Shown: positions 12,714-25,900, numbered from the stretch's first letter. The stretch: DNA of 64,000 nt from Lingula anatina (GCA_051362555.1 CM120642.1:8928001-8992000); one strand, 5' to 3'. The notes: a model not told the origin generated them from the sequence alone. Made by a program: numbers and translations.

Positions 12714-13084
12714 GGTTCTACCTGCCCCTGGCACTACAACCGTTTTCATTAGGTCGTTGGATTAGCGGACAACTATATTTAATCATTATTTTCAGTGGAC
12801 AGGGGGTTCTAAGGAGATCCAGCAAACGATAAGTATAAGCAATTTGCTTTTTGCGTAGCTAATTATTGTGATACATGTACCTTCTTGCTGATATTGCCAA
12901 GATGTTGCTTTATATGTGCAGCTGATTATTACGCTACACTCTGCCGTTAAATGTGATCATAATCGCGCTGTTTCGCTTGACCGTGATTTTGAGCCATTGC
13001 TTGTGCTTCTGTGTGTTACAGTTGCTTATCTTTTTAATTTACAGTTTGTGTAACTTGTTTTACATCATTACCCTAAAATAATGT

Positions 13085-14870
13085 GTAGCCAGGTGTGTTA
13101 CCTAATTTCCATGCAACTTTCGAAACAATTAATGTAAGCAGTTGCATGTTCTGTGGTCAGAAATGTGAGGGGTGGTCTTTTCGGCAATTTCTGCCCTTGT
13201 ATAAAAACGCATGGGTTTGGTTAATCTTTGGAGTGTATTTAGAGAAGCAACAAAGGGATCCCTCTGAAACTTGTCAGGTACCTTAGAGAAGATATGCTTC
13301 GACAGCTAAGCAACTCAGCTTTCTATGGGATTCTTGGCCTCAGAGAAAATGGCTAGAAACGGACAGCCATTGCCAGATAATTCAACATTTTTCAGGAACC
13401 GTTAGTAAAGTCCTCCAAACAAATGCTACAACAGGGGCACCTACGCCAATACTTCCACCAGGGTGTCCGCGTACCACACAAAGAAGACAGGATCGCCTTC
13501 TCCTTAGAGTGCGCCGTGCTGGTCGTACAAAGACAACCAGTGTCCTCAAAAAAGAGTGGCAGAATGCCTTTCAAACGCCCGTTTCAAGGTCCCTTGTAAA
13601 CAAGAGATTACAGCAAGCCGGTTATTTTGCACGAAGGCCAGTAGGGAAACCACTGTTAACAGCAGGTCATATACAGCGACGTCTGCAATGGGCTGGGGAC
13701 CACGTGCGTTTGCAGCCAAAACACTGGAATCACGTCGTTTTCAGTGATGAGGCCAGATATGGAATTTGGGGGGTTGAATGTCGAATCCGTGTCCGCCGAC
13801 GTGTACGAGGGGCATAAAACGATGATTGTGTACTACCTAGGGTGCAAGCAGGGGTGGTAACGTCTCTGTTTGGGGAGCATTCCATGCCGGTGCCCAGAAC
13901 CAGTTGGTTTTTCTAGGAGGCAACCTCAACCAGGGTTCCTACAGAGACATTCTACAGCAAACAATGCTTCGATTTGTAAGAGTCATCTTCAGGAACAACT
14001 TTGTGTACCAAGACGACTGTGCAACCCCACATCGAGCTAGCAGAATCATTGTTTTTCTTCAAAACCAATGGGTTCAGCAACTGCCCTGGCCTGCAAACTC
14101 CCCAGTAATGAACCCAATTGAAAATCTGTGGGCGGAAGTAACTCAGAGAATTAATAGCTATGGTCATCGGCCGGTAAATAGTGATGAAGTGCAACAGGCA
14201 AATATCACTGCGTGGAATGATATCCCCATCCAAACTCTAAAAAACTTGTCACAGGGTATGGCATATAGGATGAGGGCGCTGCAAGCGGCTGCTGGAGGTC
14301 ATACCCGCTATTGATGACTTTTCATGATTAACTGTAATGCTTTCTTTGACTGTGTAACATATCACTGTCCGGAGGCTATCATTTTCTTTAATATCTTAGC
14401 TTAAAGTTAATACTGACATCAAACTGTTGATATGGTTTTCTGGGGGTGTTCTCTTCTTTTGAATGACATCTTATGTCAGATTTGAGATTATTGACCAAAA
14501 TATCTCACAATAGAAGACTGGATATTTTCCTCACTCAATGATATACTTATTTGATGAATCAAGCCAAAAAATATTTAATCAGGACTCAAAAATAACAATG
14601 ATAAAAAATATTCCATATTAAGTAGTAACCCTGTATGTACAAAATTTACGACAGGTAAAAAATGTCAGCCTTTCGGTCTGACAAGTATGAAAATTTTGTC
14701 AATCTGAAACAAAAACAAAATTATAGCAAGAGCCCAAATTATTTGATTTTTAAACGTTTTTATGCGTATTTTCATCGTTTTCAGTCCCAGACAATTAAAA
14801 CATTCAACTAAAGTGTTTCCCACACAGTTCATACTTTTCAACTATCTAAGACAGTTAAATATACGTAGGC
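13085..14870 (+). mobile_element. Tc1/mariner transposon relic; transposase pseudogene about 13290-14314
   Basis: HTH region (RRPVGKPLLT), WNHVVFSDE, FVYQDDCATPH, WPANSPVMNPIENLW and GGHTRY; broken by stops and frameshifts; absent from copy B. Element ends are approximate. Confidence 0.88.
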
Positions 14871-15649
14871 CTACTTTAATACTAAGCATATTTGTATTAC
14901 TTTACAAATACGTTGTTGGATTATGTTTATTATCCATTTTGTCTTTACCATACATGTATTATGTACGTGTAGCTTACAGAAAGGCTTTTCTGCATTTTTT
15001 GTAAAAATATGCCCATTGAATTTTCCAATTCTCTTGTCATTGAGTTCAGAAATAAATAATTTTTTATTTCGCCGATAACGTTCTTGAATGTTTTGTAAGT
15101 AGAATCCCCGTGTAAAACTTCAAAGCTTTTACTTTCTTTTTCGATAATCTCATGCTTGAAGTCTTTTCTTAATTTTTAGGCCCCGGCCTATTCTTCAATT
15201 TTTTCTTCAAATCTTTATAATGTTTTTTTTCTCGCATTTTTTACCCCCGAGTTCTATTTGCCGATAGTTCATTATATACGTTGTTTAACTAAGCATTTCT
15301 GTTTTTTATTAAAGCACCGTTGAACTCCTAATATTATAGTTTTTCTTCCCGCCTTCGAAATGTTCAGCGCAAACGCGGTGCCCTGCTTTTGATCCAAACT
15401 TGCTATATTTTCCTTTCTTTCTACCATATTTTTCATTCTAACGGGTTTGTTGGGAACTTATTAAACCTCATGTGTCGATCTCGCTTACTGTTATTGTAGT
15501 AGTGGGACAAAAAGCACGTAAACCCAGCCATGGTTGTAAGCACCGCATTAAGTGTTTCGACGTAGCAGGGCTCCCCTACCCACAATGCAATTTCCATTTC
15601 CGGAAAAGTTGAAAAAGGCTACTTTGTGTATCCCTGTAACGTTAGTTGC

Positions 15650-15737
15650 AGTCCTATGGGTGAAGATGGACATCGTCCATTGCTGTGGGTGAAGATGGAC
15701 ATCCTCTTGAGCCGTGGGTGAAGATGGACATCGTCCA
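15650..15737. repeat. Minisatellite of about 25 bp (tgtgggtgaagatggacatcgtcca)
   Basis: Three copies here; about six copies at 51405-51570. Confidence 0.85.
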
Positions 15738-16296
15738 GGGCCCCGTATCTCGAAAGCTTCGCATATGGCGAGCGTGAGCAAGCATGGCGAGCGTGCACTA
15801 TCCCATATCTCGAAAGCTTCGCAAATCGCGGCCGTGCGCTAATGGCGAAATCACCATTAGTTTCGAGGTTATTTGCGGCGATACAAACTAGTCGCAATGG
15901 CCTCTGCGTATGCATAATTCGTCATTTTTATGTGTCTCTCATGTAATTAAACATGTCGGCAAGTTTGGGTTGCTAGTCATAATAGCATATAACAAAACAT
16001 AACAAAAACATGGAAGCTTACGATAGATAATAGATCGGTACCTCTGATAGAAAAACAATCAATATTATCAATAGACTACACAGATTAATTATATTCATCA
16101 GAAACTATAAAATGATGTATGAAATGTTTAATTTTGAAATTTTTGTGCGTAATAAAGCATGACTTTAGCATTCTTCACCTGAATATTTACCGCAAGTTTT
16201 TCTATCAGAGGTACCGAGTGCTTCAATCTATTATAAGCTTCCATTTTTATGTACAGACACAGATGTGTCTGTACATATAGCCATCATCTGCGTCTG

Positions 16297-16327
<31 letters not shown>

Positions 16328-16335
16328 GCACTTTT

Positions 16336-17120
16336 ACCGATAACACGATAAGTGGAAAACCATTTTACCTTTTGACTTGAAACTTGCAGAACTGATGAAT
16401 ATTCATAATACGCAGGTCAAGTTCGAAAATCAGCATGATCGGGTCACTTTTAGGGAATTTATGCTGTTTTTTCACTTTTTTCAGCATATATGCAGCACCG
16501 ATAACACGATAAGTGGAAAACCATTTTACCTTTTGACTTGAAACTTGCAGAACTGATGAATATTCATAATACGCAGGTCAAGTTCGAAAATCAGCATGAT
16601 CAGGTCACTTTTAGGGAATTTATGCTGTTTTTTCACTTTTTTCAGCATATATGCAGCACCGATAACACGATAAGTGGAAAACCATTTTACCTTTTGACTT
16701 GAAACTTACAGAACTGATGAATATTCATAATACGCAGGTCAAGTTCGAAAATCAGCATGATCGGGTCACTTTCAGGGAATTTATGCTGTTTTTACACTTT
16801 TTTCAGCATATATGCAGCACCGATAACACAATAAGTGGAAAACCATTTTACCTTTTGACTTGAAACTTACAGAACTGATGAATATTTATAATACGCAGGC
16901 CAAGTTCGAAAATCAGCATGATTGGGCCATTTTTAGGGAATTTATGCTGTTTTTTCACTATTTTCAATATAAATGCAACACTGATAACACAATATAAGAA
17001 AAACGGATCGGCCAATTGTAATTATACTCACAGGAGTGGTCAATCTTACTAAAACGCAGGTTGAGTTCGAAAATCAGCATAATCGGGCTATTATTTTAGA
17101 AGTTATACTGTTTTTTCCCA
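16336..17120 (+). repeat. 161-bp tandem repeat, about 4.9 units
   Basis: Unit starts at 16336, 16497, 16658, 16819 and 16980; the last unit is degenerate. Confidence 0.95.
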
Positions 17121-17519
17121 TTTCCTCAGATTCAATTATTAGGCATGTTAACAGTCTCATTATTTAACTAATAAGATGCCTAAAAGTGTTTGTTTGATAT
17201 TTCCTGCATCTTTACAGCATTGTTAGTTGATTATGTAAAAAACATGGTAAACTTGTTATCATGTATTGTGTAATAAAGTGCCAAAAATGGAAATAAACTC
17301 ATATCATTGCAGTTTGTCAGATTCAATCATCCACTATGTTCAGAATCTCAGAATGGAGGAAATTGGACATTTAACACTGTTCTATTGATACTTTTCCCAT
17401 CTCATCAATTTTCTTAGTTGGTCATATAAAAATGGCAGTAAAATGTTTATTTTGTTTTATGTTAAAAAAGTGTTAAAATGGAAATAAACCCATTTCAGAA
17501 CAGTGCTGTCTTGTTTACA

Positions 17520-17803
17520 TTTTGGCATTTTCAAGGTGTGACTTTGAAGTTCCATGGGCCTGAAGACCTTTGCTAGTCACATTTTCTGAATATCTGTGAT
17601 ACAAATATTTTATAATTAAAAATTGATGGTCATTAAGCTGTTAAACATTATGTAATATTGCATCAAAATTTGAAGAAACCCCTATTTTGGACACTGCTTC
17701 CGTGATGACCATTTAAGGAAAATCATGTCACTTACTGTTCTCAAACTTACAGGAAAGAAACATGGGACTAAAATACAGCTTCAGTAGGCAATGCAGTCTG
17801 TTT

Positions 17804-17846
<43 letters not shown>

Positions 17847-18230
17847 GCAGTTAAACAGTTTTTTGTGAAAATTTAATTTTTCACATATTGGCATTTTCAA
17901 GGTGTGACTTTAAAGTTCCATGATCCTGAAGACTTTTGCTTGTCACATTTTCTGAATGTCCATGTTACTAATATTTTATTAATAACATTTGATTGTCATT
18001 ATGCTGTTAAACATTATGTAATGTTGCATCAAAATTTGAAGAAACCCCTATTTTGTACACTGCTCCTATGATGACCATTTAAGGGAAATCATGTCACTTA
18101 CTGTTCTCAAACTTACAGGAAAGAAACATGGGTCTAACATACAGCTTCAATAGGCAACGCAGTCTGTTTGGTAAATTTTTCTGGCAATTTAACATTTTTT
18201 TGTGAAAATTTAATTTTTCACTTATTTGCA
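17520..18230 (+). repeat. Tandem duplication of about 365 bp inside the HINE; the first copy has an expanded poly-T
   Basis: ttggcattttcaaggtgtgactt at about 17522 and about 17888. Confidence 0.85.
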
Positions 18231-21200
18231 TCTTTATTTTCTGTTTTTTTGTCTGTACATTTGACAGCTTTGCTGCCTTGTTTTGTTATATGTTTTGTTA
18301 TATGCTATTATCACTAGCAACCCAAACTTGCCGCAATGTTTAATTACATGAAACATGGACCTAGTTAGGTCCATGCATGAAAGATACGTTAAAATGACAA
18401 ATTGCGCATACGCAGAGGCCATTGGGTCGGGATTTACTCGTTGCATATAACAGCCTCGAAACTAACGGTGATGTCGCTTCTAGCGCAGGTCGCGATTTGC
18501 CAGACTTTCGAGTTATGGGAAAGCAAGGAATCGCCATGCTTGCGCCCGGGCCCGGGGCCCTGACCGCGTAACCTCGACATCAGCCGCCTTTCGTAACAAT
18601 AGAAGGGGGAGGATCGCAAACAATGGGGGCGTAACTTGTAGCGATGTTTGAAGGATTATATCACGTGCGTTGATCACAGCTTGGGTCATGCGTTCGTCAC
18701 TTTAAATAATCAGACATAACTGAGGTTAGTAGCTGTAAAAGCGCCACCGGTATCGCACAGATGGCGTCACCTAAACAGTATATGGATTTCTGTACCGACT
18801 TATATGAGAGCCCCGACTTCCACACCTAGGATTACTATTCCTGGCACACCGGCAATTTTGGTTATCTAAGAACCCATTCAGAATAGAAGATCCGACTATC
18901 AACTGATCCAAGTATAAAATATGGCGGACCCTACAGAAAGGACGGCCGCTTAATCCTGTAATGGTCTATCTGCCTTTCACATGCCCCCCCACGCGTCGTC
19001 CTTGCATGGGCATAGTGATTAAATCTTGATTATAACAAAAATCATTAATATCATTGCAACTCGACACTACTAATTTATATTGTAACAACTTGACATCCTT
19101 ATTTAAACTGGCTGGGTGTATATACTAACCTCAGGTGGAGCAGTGTCTTCAAAAGGGCATGGGGAAATTATAGTATGCATATGTATAGAAAAATTCGTCA
19201 CTAAAATTATAGCAAAAGTTAGTTCCTTCATGTCATTCACTGGTGGATTGGTTTATTTTTATAATTTCTTTAAAATAATATTGGATTGAGTCATCTAATA
19301 CATTAATACATCGGACGTTTCATTGTTCTCTTGTGCGTTCTTTCAAATGAAGCCGGGAATCAGCTGATCAGTTCGGATCTTCTGAATGGGTTCTAACAAA
19401 TTAGTGCTGATGTCAATATATCTTTTAGCGATTAATCTTACTAATAGTTTGGACTTTCGATGTCAGATTCAAAAACTTATTTTCGTTCTGCGCAGAGTTA
19501 GATCGATGCAGTTAGTACGATGAGTTTATGGGAACGCTCCCATATAGTAAAAAACGCAGAGACGGAGCCATCGTCTAAACAGCAGAAAGGTGTTCCACAT
19601 GAGTCTTTTGCATCTAGCCCTGGCATTGGAAAGATGAGTCGATCAAAAGACGAGGAGTACCTACTGACATTTTCGACAGGCTCTCAATGTCCAAATTTAA
19701 GATAAAGTTGCACCCTGTTTAGCGTTTTCGCGTGACATTAAAGTAATGGCTGTGTCACTTGTAGACCCCATTTGTGTTTCATATTAAAACAGTAACATTC
19801 TTACAATGAAGAGATCGTAATAGTAAAATGAATTGTGAACATACTCATGTTAATTCTACTGTTTTACATTTTTAATAATAACTTTTAATATACAATAGGC
19901 TATAGATAAATAGCTAGCAGTTGCAATCCTTTTGTTTTTAAATGTATATAATAAGCTTTTGTTTTTAATGTGTAAGAGTGTAATTAAAATATATTAAATA
20001 TATCTTTCCAATGAATTACTACTGTTTCTCCATCACGACGAAAAAATATCATGATCAGTACCGGTATTTTATATGGAAGAACAGTACCGCAACGTTATTC
20101 AGAATTCAGCTCGATGCAAGCAGGCACTATCTGCAGTTCGTACAGTGCCCAAAGTTTTCAGTAAGCCCCTGGGTGAAAAAATATACTGGACTATTGAAAT
20201 CGCGGTTATATTTTTGATTTTAAGTGATGATTATTTTACTAGTGAAAACTAATCAATGATATTTGGCAGATATAATATAGGCTGCCCTTCATCTGTTGCG
20301 TAAGTCTACATTAAGATGTATTTGGGAATTTGAAAATATTTGCATATAATCTATTAAAAGGCCTGGTTACGCCACTGTTAAAACATCTTAAAACTCGTCA
20401 CAATATTGAAAAAAGATACGCCATTGCACAACGATCGTGGCTCGCTGCGATTTATAGTAGTTGTTACTTGCGATCTTCTTTCTGGTTTTAACAAGGTACT
20501 CTAAAACACCGTTATATAATAGCAGCACTTACCGTAAAAAGCCAAACAATAATTAGATATGGGCATATCAGATTGCAAACATGCAAAAATTGTATATGAC
20601 AACGATTTTCATCCTCGCGGGGTTTTTTTTCATCGTGACGTCTTTTGTCGCGCTGTTGATCGATGCAGCAAGTTACTGGAAAAAAGATAAATCATTGAAC
20701 AACGAATCGGTCGTGGTTTTTTGTGCAATTTGGTTGTTAGTTTCTGGTTTTAACGAGGTTATTTAAGGGCTCTAAAACACCGCGACTGTCAAGGGACTTT
20801 TCTGTTTTAGCTGCTGCAGGTTATTTTATTTATTTATTTATTTTGCTCTGCCTGCGCTTCCTCTATGCTGGCCACAGTTGTTGGTCGTGCCTTACAGTTA
20901 AATCCTTTATAATGAATTGTACCCGTGGCAGTGGGTCTATTTCTTCTTTGTTCATTGGTTGCAAGTAACTAATGTCTTCATTTGGAAGAGTCGCTTCACT
21001 AAAATGGCAAATACTTATGTGCTGTGCACGTTTGATGTAAGCAAGAGTGATTTACATAATTATTGTGATACTTTTATTTTACAAATGCGATATTTAGTAT
21101 AATTTTGACTTTCTGTCTGATTGAAAACTCATGCTCACTTTCTAAACATAAGAAAATAGGGTTTCATTTTTGTGCTGGCCCGCTAGGAAGTGTTCTATGC

Positions 21201-23046
21201 AAAGTTGCATGGCCCTATGTAGAGATCCCACTCTTTTGGGTCTTTGCACGATTAATATTGGTTAATTTTGTATTCAAAGTTTGGTTGTAGCTCTCTGAAA
21301 TATAAAATGTAACGTTTACTCTGATGCTGCTACACTGCTCGTTTTATAATACAATCGCTAGTGTAAGTCGTAAAAGTACATTTATTTGATTTATGTTAAG
21401 AAAAAGAAAGTAATTATTTATGAATAATATATAAATCACCCGTGAGTCCCTTTGCCTCTGCTTAAGGATTTCATTTAACTATGCAGTTTAGATATAGAAA
21501 GCATATTTACAACATCATTAAATCTGACAAAAATATTGGCACGTTTTCAGCCTTGTTATTGGGCAGTGCTTTCACTGAAGCGTGCTTCGTGAAGTAGCAT
21601 ATGGCTGCAATATAACACTGGTTACCTTGATACGATTTTGGCAGGTGGGCAAAATCAATTCTAATCTGACAAGAAAAACCGAAATGGTTAAAGATTTGGA
21701 AATTATGCCAAAACGTAAGATATGAAAAATTACCTTTTCCGTTAAATTTAATGTCCATCTTACTGTAAAGTATTTTGATGTATTTACCTAATTCCACGGT
21801 TTGCACTTTTCCACCACTATTGGGTGAAGTGGGACATGGTTCATTCTAATTTTTTTTAATTGCCACCTGGCACTGGTGGCATAACGAAACATATCTTCTA
21901 ATGTCTGTGGCCATGTTGTGCCAGTATATCTCTGTTCTACTTTGACCAGGGTTTTTGATGCATCCAAGTGTCCAGATTGAATTTAAAAAAAATAGAATTT
22001 TTTAGAATGAATCAAATAATGAAATATTTAATTTAATGATTATTTACGATGATAATGTCTATATTACTATTGAAATGTGAAGCTGGAAAATCAATTTAGC
22101 TGTAGAACATAAGTAAATAATGTATCGTAAGTAAATAATGTATAGCACCTTTGTCATGCATTTCTTGTAACAAGGCACTTTTCTTATCTTCGCTTTCCAC
22201 ACCTTTCCTCCATTTCCCCTTCTCCCTCTCTTCCTCCCCAATTTCTGTTTCGACTATCTTTCTTACAGCTCTGTAATATAAGCAGCTGCTTTCAAGCCAA
22301 AACCGAATGACAAATATTAATCTTAAATGTACCTGTAAATTGCGCTTTTATTAAATAATCTTCAAACTTTAACGAGTATATAATACTTACTTTGCAATGA
22401 TTTGCCGCGCTTCTCCTTATTGCTCTTTTCTGATTATTGGTTGATCATAAATTTTTGGAAAGAAGCCTCATTACCATCTCTTATTTTAGAGAACTTTAAG
22501 GTTATTGCCACCTTTCGCCAATAAACTCCTTATTTACTGCCTTTCATGCAGTCTTTTGGTAATAGATAAATCTTCAGTTTTTAGTGACTAGATTAATTTA
22601 ATATATGAAGAACGATTTAAGTTCAATGGTTCTCTTATGTTCAAGATTGGTGAAGCTTCCAACACCATTAGCAGCGAAAAATTTAAAATTAAACGAGACT
22701 TACCTTGGTTAAGTCGATGTTTGATTGTAATTCTGTGAGTGTAAAAATGAGGGAGGGCTTAAATGCCACCCTCCTCACCCAGCTTACTCAGTAATATAAT
22801 TCCAATGTAATCAGCTCACAGATATAAATAGGAAAGTTTGGATGAATTTTAAATTCTATTTCGTATAAAAATATCGGTCAGTCTTAAATGAGACTTTAAA
22901 GTAAAATGTGACAAACATCAATAAACCAGTATTCAATGGCCTTTATTTCAGCTTAAAATATCGTTTAGAACAGTTTCAACAAATCATCAACAGATACTCA
23001 TGTAAACCTATACATGCCAGTATATACTAGTATATGAATATGCTCA

Positions 23047-24050
23047 TTACTTCCTTTTTAAAACTCCATATTCAAATGTGGTAGTTTTATCCTCGATTTG
23101 TTTCTCATAGAATTTTGCAAATGTTTTTTCAGTACTCCAACCAGCTTTGTTCAAAATATCTGTCACTGGCACAGAATTCATTTTTGCCTTTGAAACAGCA
23201 GCAGCTCTCACACTGTGAGCACCAAATAAAGTAGTGTCTATTCCCGATTTTGTCATTACAACTTTGATCCATCTAGAAATAGTATCTCTTTGAACAGGTT
23301 TATAAGGTTTCATATAACTTATAAGCAAATTTTTATCAACATTATGCCTACGCAATGTCTTTGTACGAGCTATATACTCTTTTAAAACAGTATAAACACA
23401 CAACCTCCTATCTGGAGGGTAAGCTTTAAACACAATATGTGATGAATTACAACCTGGTCTACTTTGCTTCAGTAAACCACATAACTGAAACACAAACTCT
23501 GAACTCAACTTTTTCATATCAACAACAGAAATTAAATGCAATGTTTGTACACGTGTGGCATTAATTAATGCCATGAGCATTGTAAGTTTTAAAGTCAGAT
23601 CCTTCAAAGTCAAGTGCTTTACTGGTGAAAGTTTCCTTAAGAAAACCAGAACTTTATTAACATCCCAAATTTGAGCATAACGTTGTCTTGGTGGCCTCAA
23701 ATTATAAATGCCTTTCATATATCTTATCACCAATGGATGACTCCCTGCTGAAACTCCATCAATTTGAATACCCATTGATGAAATAGCACCTCTTGCTGTA
23801 TTTAAACTGTCATAAGCTAAGCCATCATTAAACTGTTTTGTAAGAAATTCTATCACCTCTTCCACATGTGGTGAAATTGAATTAATTTTCCTTTCACCAC
23901 AGTATTTGAACCAGCGTTTAATGAACACGTTGTATTGTTTCTTTGTCCCTGTACGCCAAGATGACATAAGTATGTGGGTTGATTGCTCAGAAAGGCCTCG
24001 TTCTCTAAACTGTTCCCTGATACTTTGCATACAATGAGTTTCAACTTGTC
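23047..24050 (-). CDS. DIRS tyrosine recombinase, open reading frame intact
   Basis: SSWRTGTKKQY, LINATRVQTL (R), LLKQSRPG (K), AHSVRAA (HxxR) and AGWSTEKTFAKFY (W, Y); overlaps the end of pol; start position approximate. Confidence 0.92.
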
Positions 24051-25900
24051 CATAAGAGGATGTTCCACTGGGAGCTTGTTCCCTGGTAAAGTTAGCAGAC
24101 CTTTTTTCTTTTGAATGACTATTGGGTTTTCCACAAGTAATTCCATCAACTTTGCAAACCATATCTGTGTTGGCCATACAGGAGCCACTATAATACCCCT
24201 GGCTTTGTCTTTGCGAATCTTCTGGATACAATGACCCAGCAAACTGAAAGGTGGAAACAGATAAACATAATTCAGTGTTCCCCAATCATAAGTAAATGCA
24301 TTAATACCCCAAGCAAAGGGGTCTGCCTGCCATGAACAATATCTTTCAACTTGCGCATTTAATCTAGAGGCAAAAAGATCAATAAATGGATTTCCAAATT
24401 TTTCACATATCTTTTGAAATACATTCTCATTCAACTTCCATTCTAAACGTTCATTAAACTTCCTAGAAGCATTATCAGCATCTACATTATCTTTCCCTGG
24501 CACATGGACACAGGTGAGCCAAACATTTTTCTCGATACACCAATGCCAAATCTTTTTTGCTATGTTATTGCAATCATAAGACTTAATTCCACCCATATTC
24601 TGAATATAGTCACATGCTGTAATATTATCACTCATGATCTTTACATGTTTATTTTCAAATCTAAATGTAAAAGACTGCAATGCATTTAATATTGCTAGTA
24701 ACTCTAAAGCATTTATATGAAGGTTAGCTTCTTCTGGAAACCATCTACCACCAATTTTTTGACCCTCCAAATGAGCACCCCAGCCTAATTTGGATGCATC
24801 AGTATACAATATAATGTCAACATTTCCTTTGTCAATTTTCCTTCTTTGCAAGTGGACATTTTCCATCCACCATTGTAATTCTTGCTTCATACTAATTGTA
24901 ATGTGCATCATAGCATCATAATTTCCATTGTTGCTTTTTAAAGCACTTATCTTCTGCTTTTCAAGTTCTCTATAATGGAGTTTACCATATTCAACAGCTG
25001 AGAATGTTGAAACTATAATTCCAATCACTTTAGCTACTAGTCTTACTTTTGCTTCTGTTTTAATGATAAGCATTTTACACTGCTGTACAATGTGATCCAT
25101 TTTATCTTAAGGTAAAGTCACCGTCATACTTTCAGAATCAATTATATTTCCCAAAAACAACAATGATTGTTGGGGAATAAGGACAGACTTTTCTGCATTG
25201 ATTATAAAACCAAGTGTTTCCATTAGATGTTTTGTGCATCTTATATTTTCAACACATTCGAGGTAATTATCTGAACACAATAAACTGTCATCAATAAATC
25301 CTGAACTAGAATGGCCAAGACTTCTCAATTTTGCATATACAGGCTTTAATAATTTCGTAAATATTTTGGGCCCTTCAGAAACGCCATTTGCAAGGCATGT
25401 GTATTGATAGATATTTCCTTCCCAAACAAAACGACAAAGAATTTGCTGTTCTTCTGCTATTTTCACACTATAATATGCATGCTTTATATCAATTGATGCT
25501 AGGAAGCATCCTTTTGTCACTAAGGTCAATGCCTTTTCAAAAGTGTCCATTTTAAAATGTTCATAGGGAATGTGTTGATTCAGCTTCTTAAGATTTAATA
25601 TCATTCTGTATTCTCCATTCTTTTTAGGGCGTACAAAAATAGGAGATAAAAACTGCCCCGGTACACTTTGAACTTTCTTAATAACACCAGATCAAGTAGT
25701 TTAGAAATTTCTTTCCTGATTATAATTGTTTCTTCTGTGTTAAACCTATATTTCACCATATCATTTAAGTTTTGAAATCCAATGTTGGTATCAACATTTA
25801 TATGACAATTTTGTACTATATCCAAGATATATGGGTCACTGGTCAATTTTCTCCATTCATCTACAAACAAATGCAATCTACCAGCTTGAAATTTATGTCT
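23853..25900 (-). pseudogene. DIRS pol: reverse transcriptase, RNase H and N6-adenine methyltransferase-like domain
   Basis: ILNLKKLN, IDIKHAY, FIDDSL, TDASKLGWG, HINALEL, SDN, DNVDADNASR, IDLFASRLN and YLFPPF motifs; one 1-nt frameshift near 25690 and one in-frame TAA at 25107-25109. Confidence 0.93.

Larger units (their letters stand above)
12416..12738 (-). mobile_element. Complete TRIM (mini LTR retrotransposon) with tRNA-derived LTRs, Helenus-like
   Basis: Two 132-bp TGTAG...CTACA LTRs (12416-12547, 12607-12738) that differ at 2 positions. The 59-bp internal region has PBS TGGTGGCAGCGGTG and PPT GGGTGGGAGGAG on the minus strand. 4-bp TSD ACCG; empty site at 50891-50910. Confidence 0.95.
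11365..13080 (+). mobile_element. Probable decayed LTR-element 5' portion (LTR, PBS-like motif, non-coding internal region), copy A
   Basis: Homologous to 49803-51290; PBS-like tggagcagtcgacagga at 11594. Confidence 0.45.
16245..18281 (+). mobile_element. Non-autonomous Helentron (HINE/DINE-1/pearl-like) element with an internal 161-bp satellite
   Basis: 5' atgtacagac with nearby inverted copy; (cgccgt)n microsatellite; tandem core; 3' gtctgtacat followed by a gacagc-ttt-gctgcc hairpin; sits in a T run; empty site at 51601-51615. Confidence 0.88.
15736..18562. mobile_element. Foldback MITE with inverted arms of about 300 bp (CAGGGCCCCG...CGGGGCCCTG), carrying a nested HINE
   Basis: 15780-16055 is the reverse complement of 16197-16244 plus 18280-18540; partial relatives at 47.65-48.46 kb and 51.57-51.84 kb; no TSD recognised. 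Confidence 0.8.

Noticed and set aside
16336-17120. Regular repeat array as a CRISPR-like locus
   Set aside because: Units are contiguous 161-bp copies with no unique spacers, there are no cas genes, and the context is eukaryotic
20581-20766. 61-aa hydrophobic ORF conserved at 54122-54307
   Set aside because: Its conservation is no greater than that of the surrounding duplicated non-coding DNA, and it has no recognisable motif or splice context
23047-25100. Phage integrase plus DNA methylase as a prophage or bacterial contamination
   Set aside because: These are the standard YR and MT-like domains of DIRS elements, linked to RT/RNase H and bounded by DIRS termini
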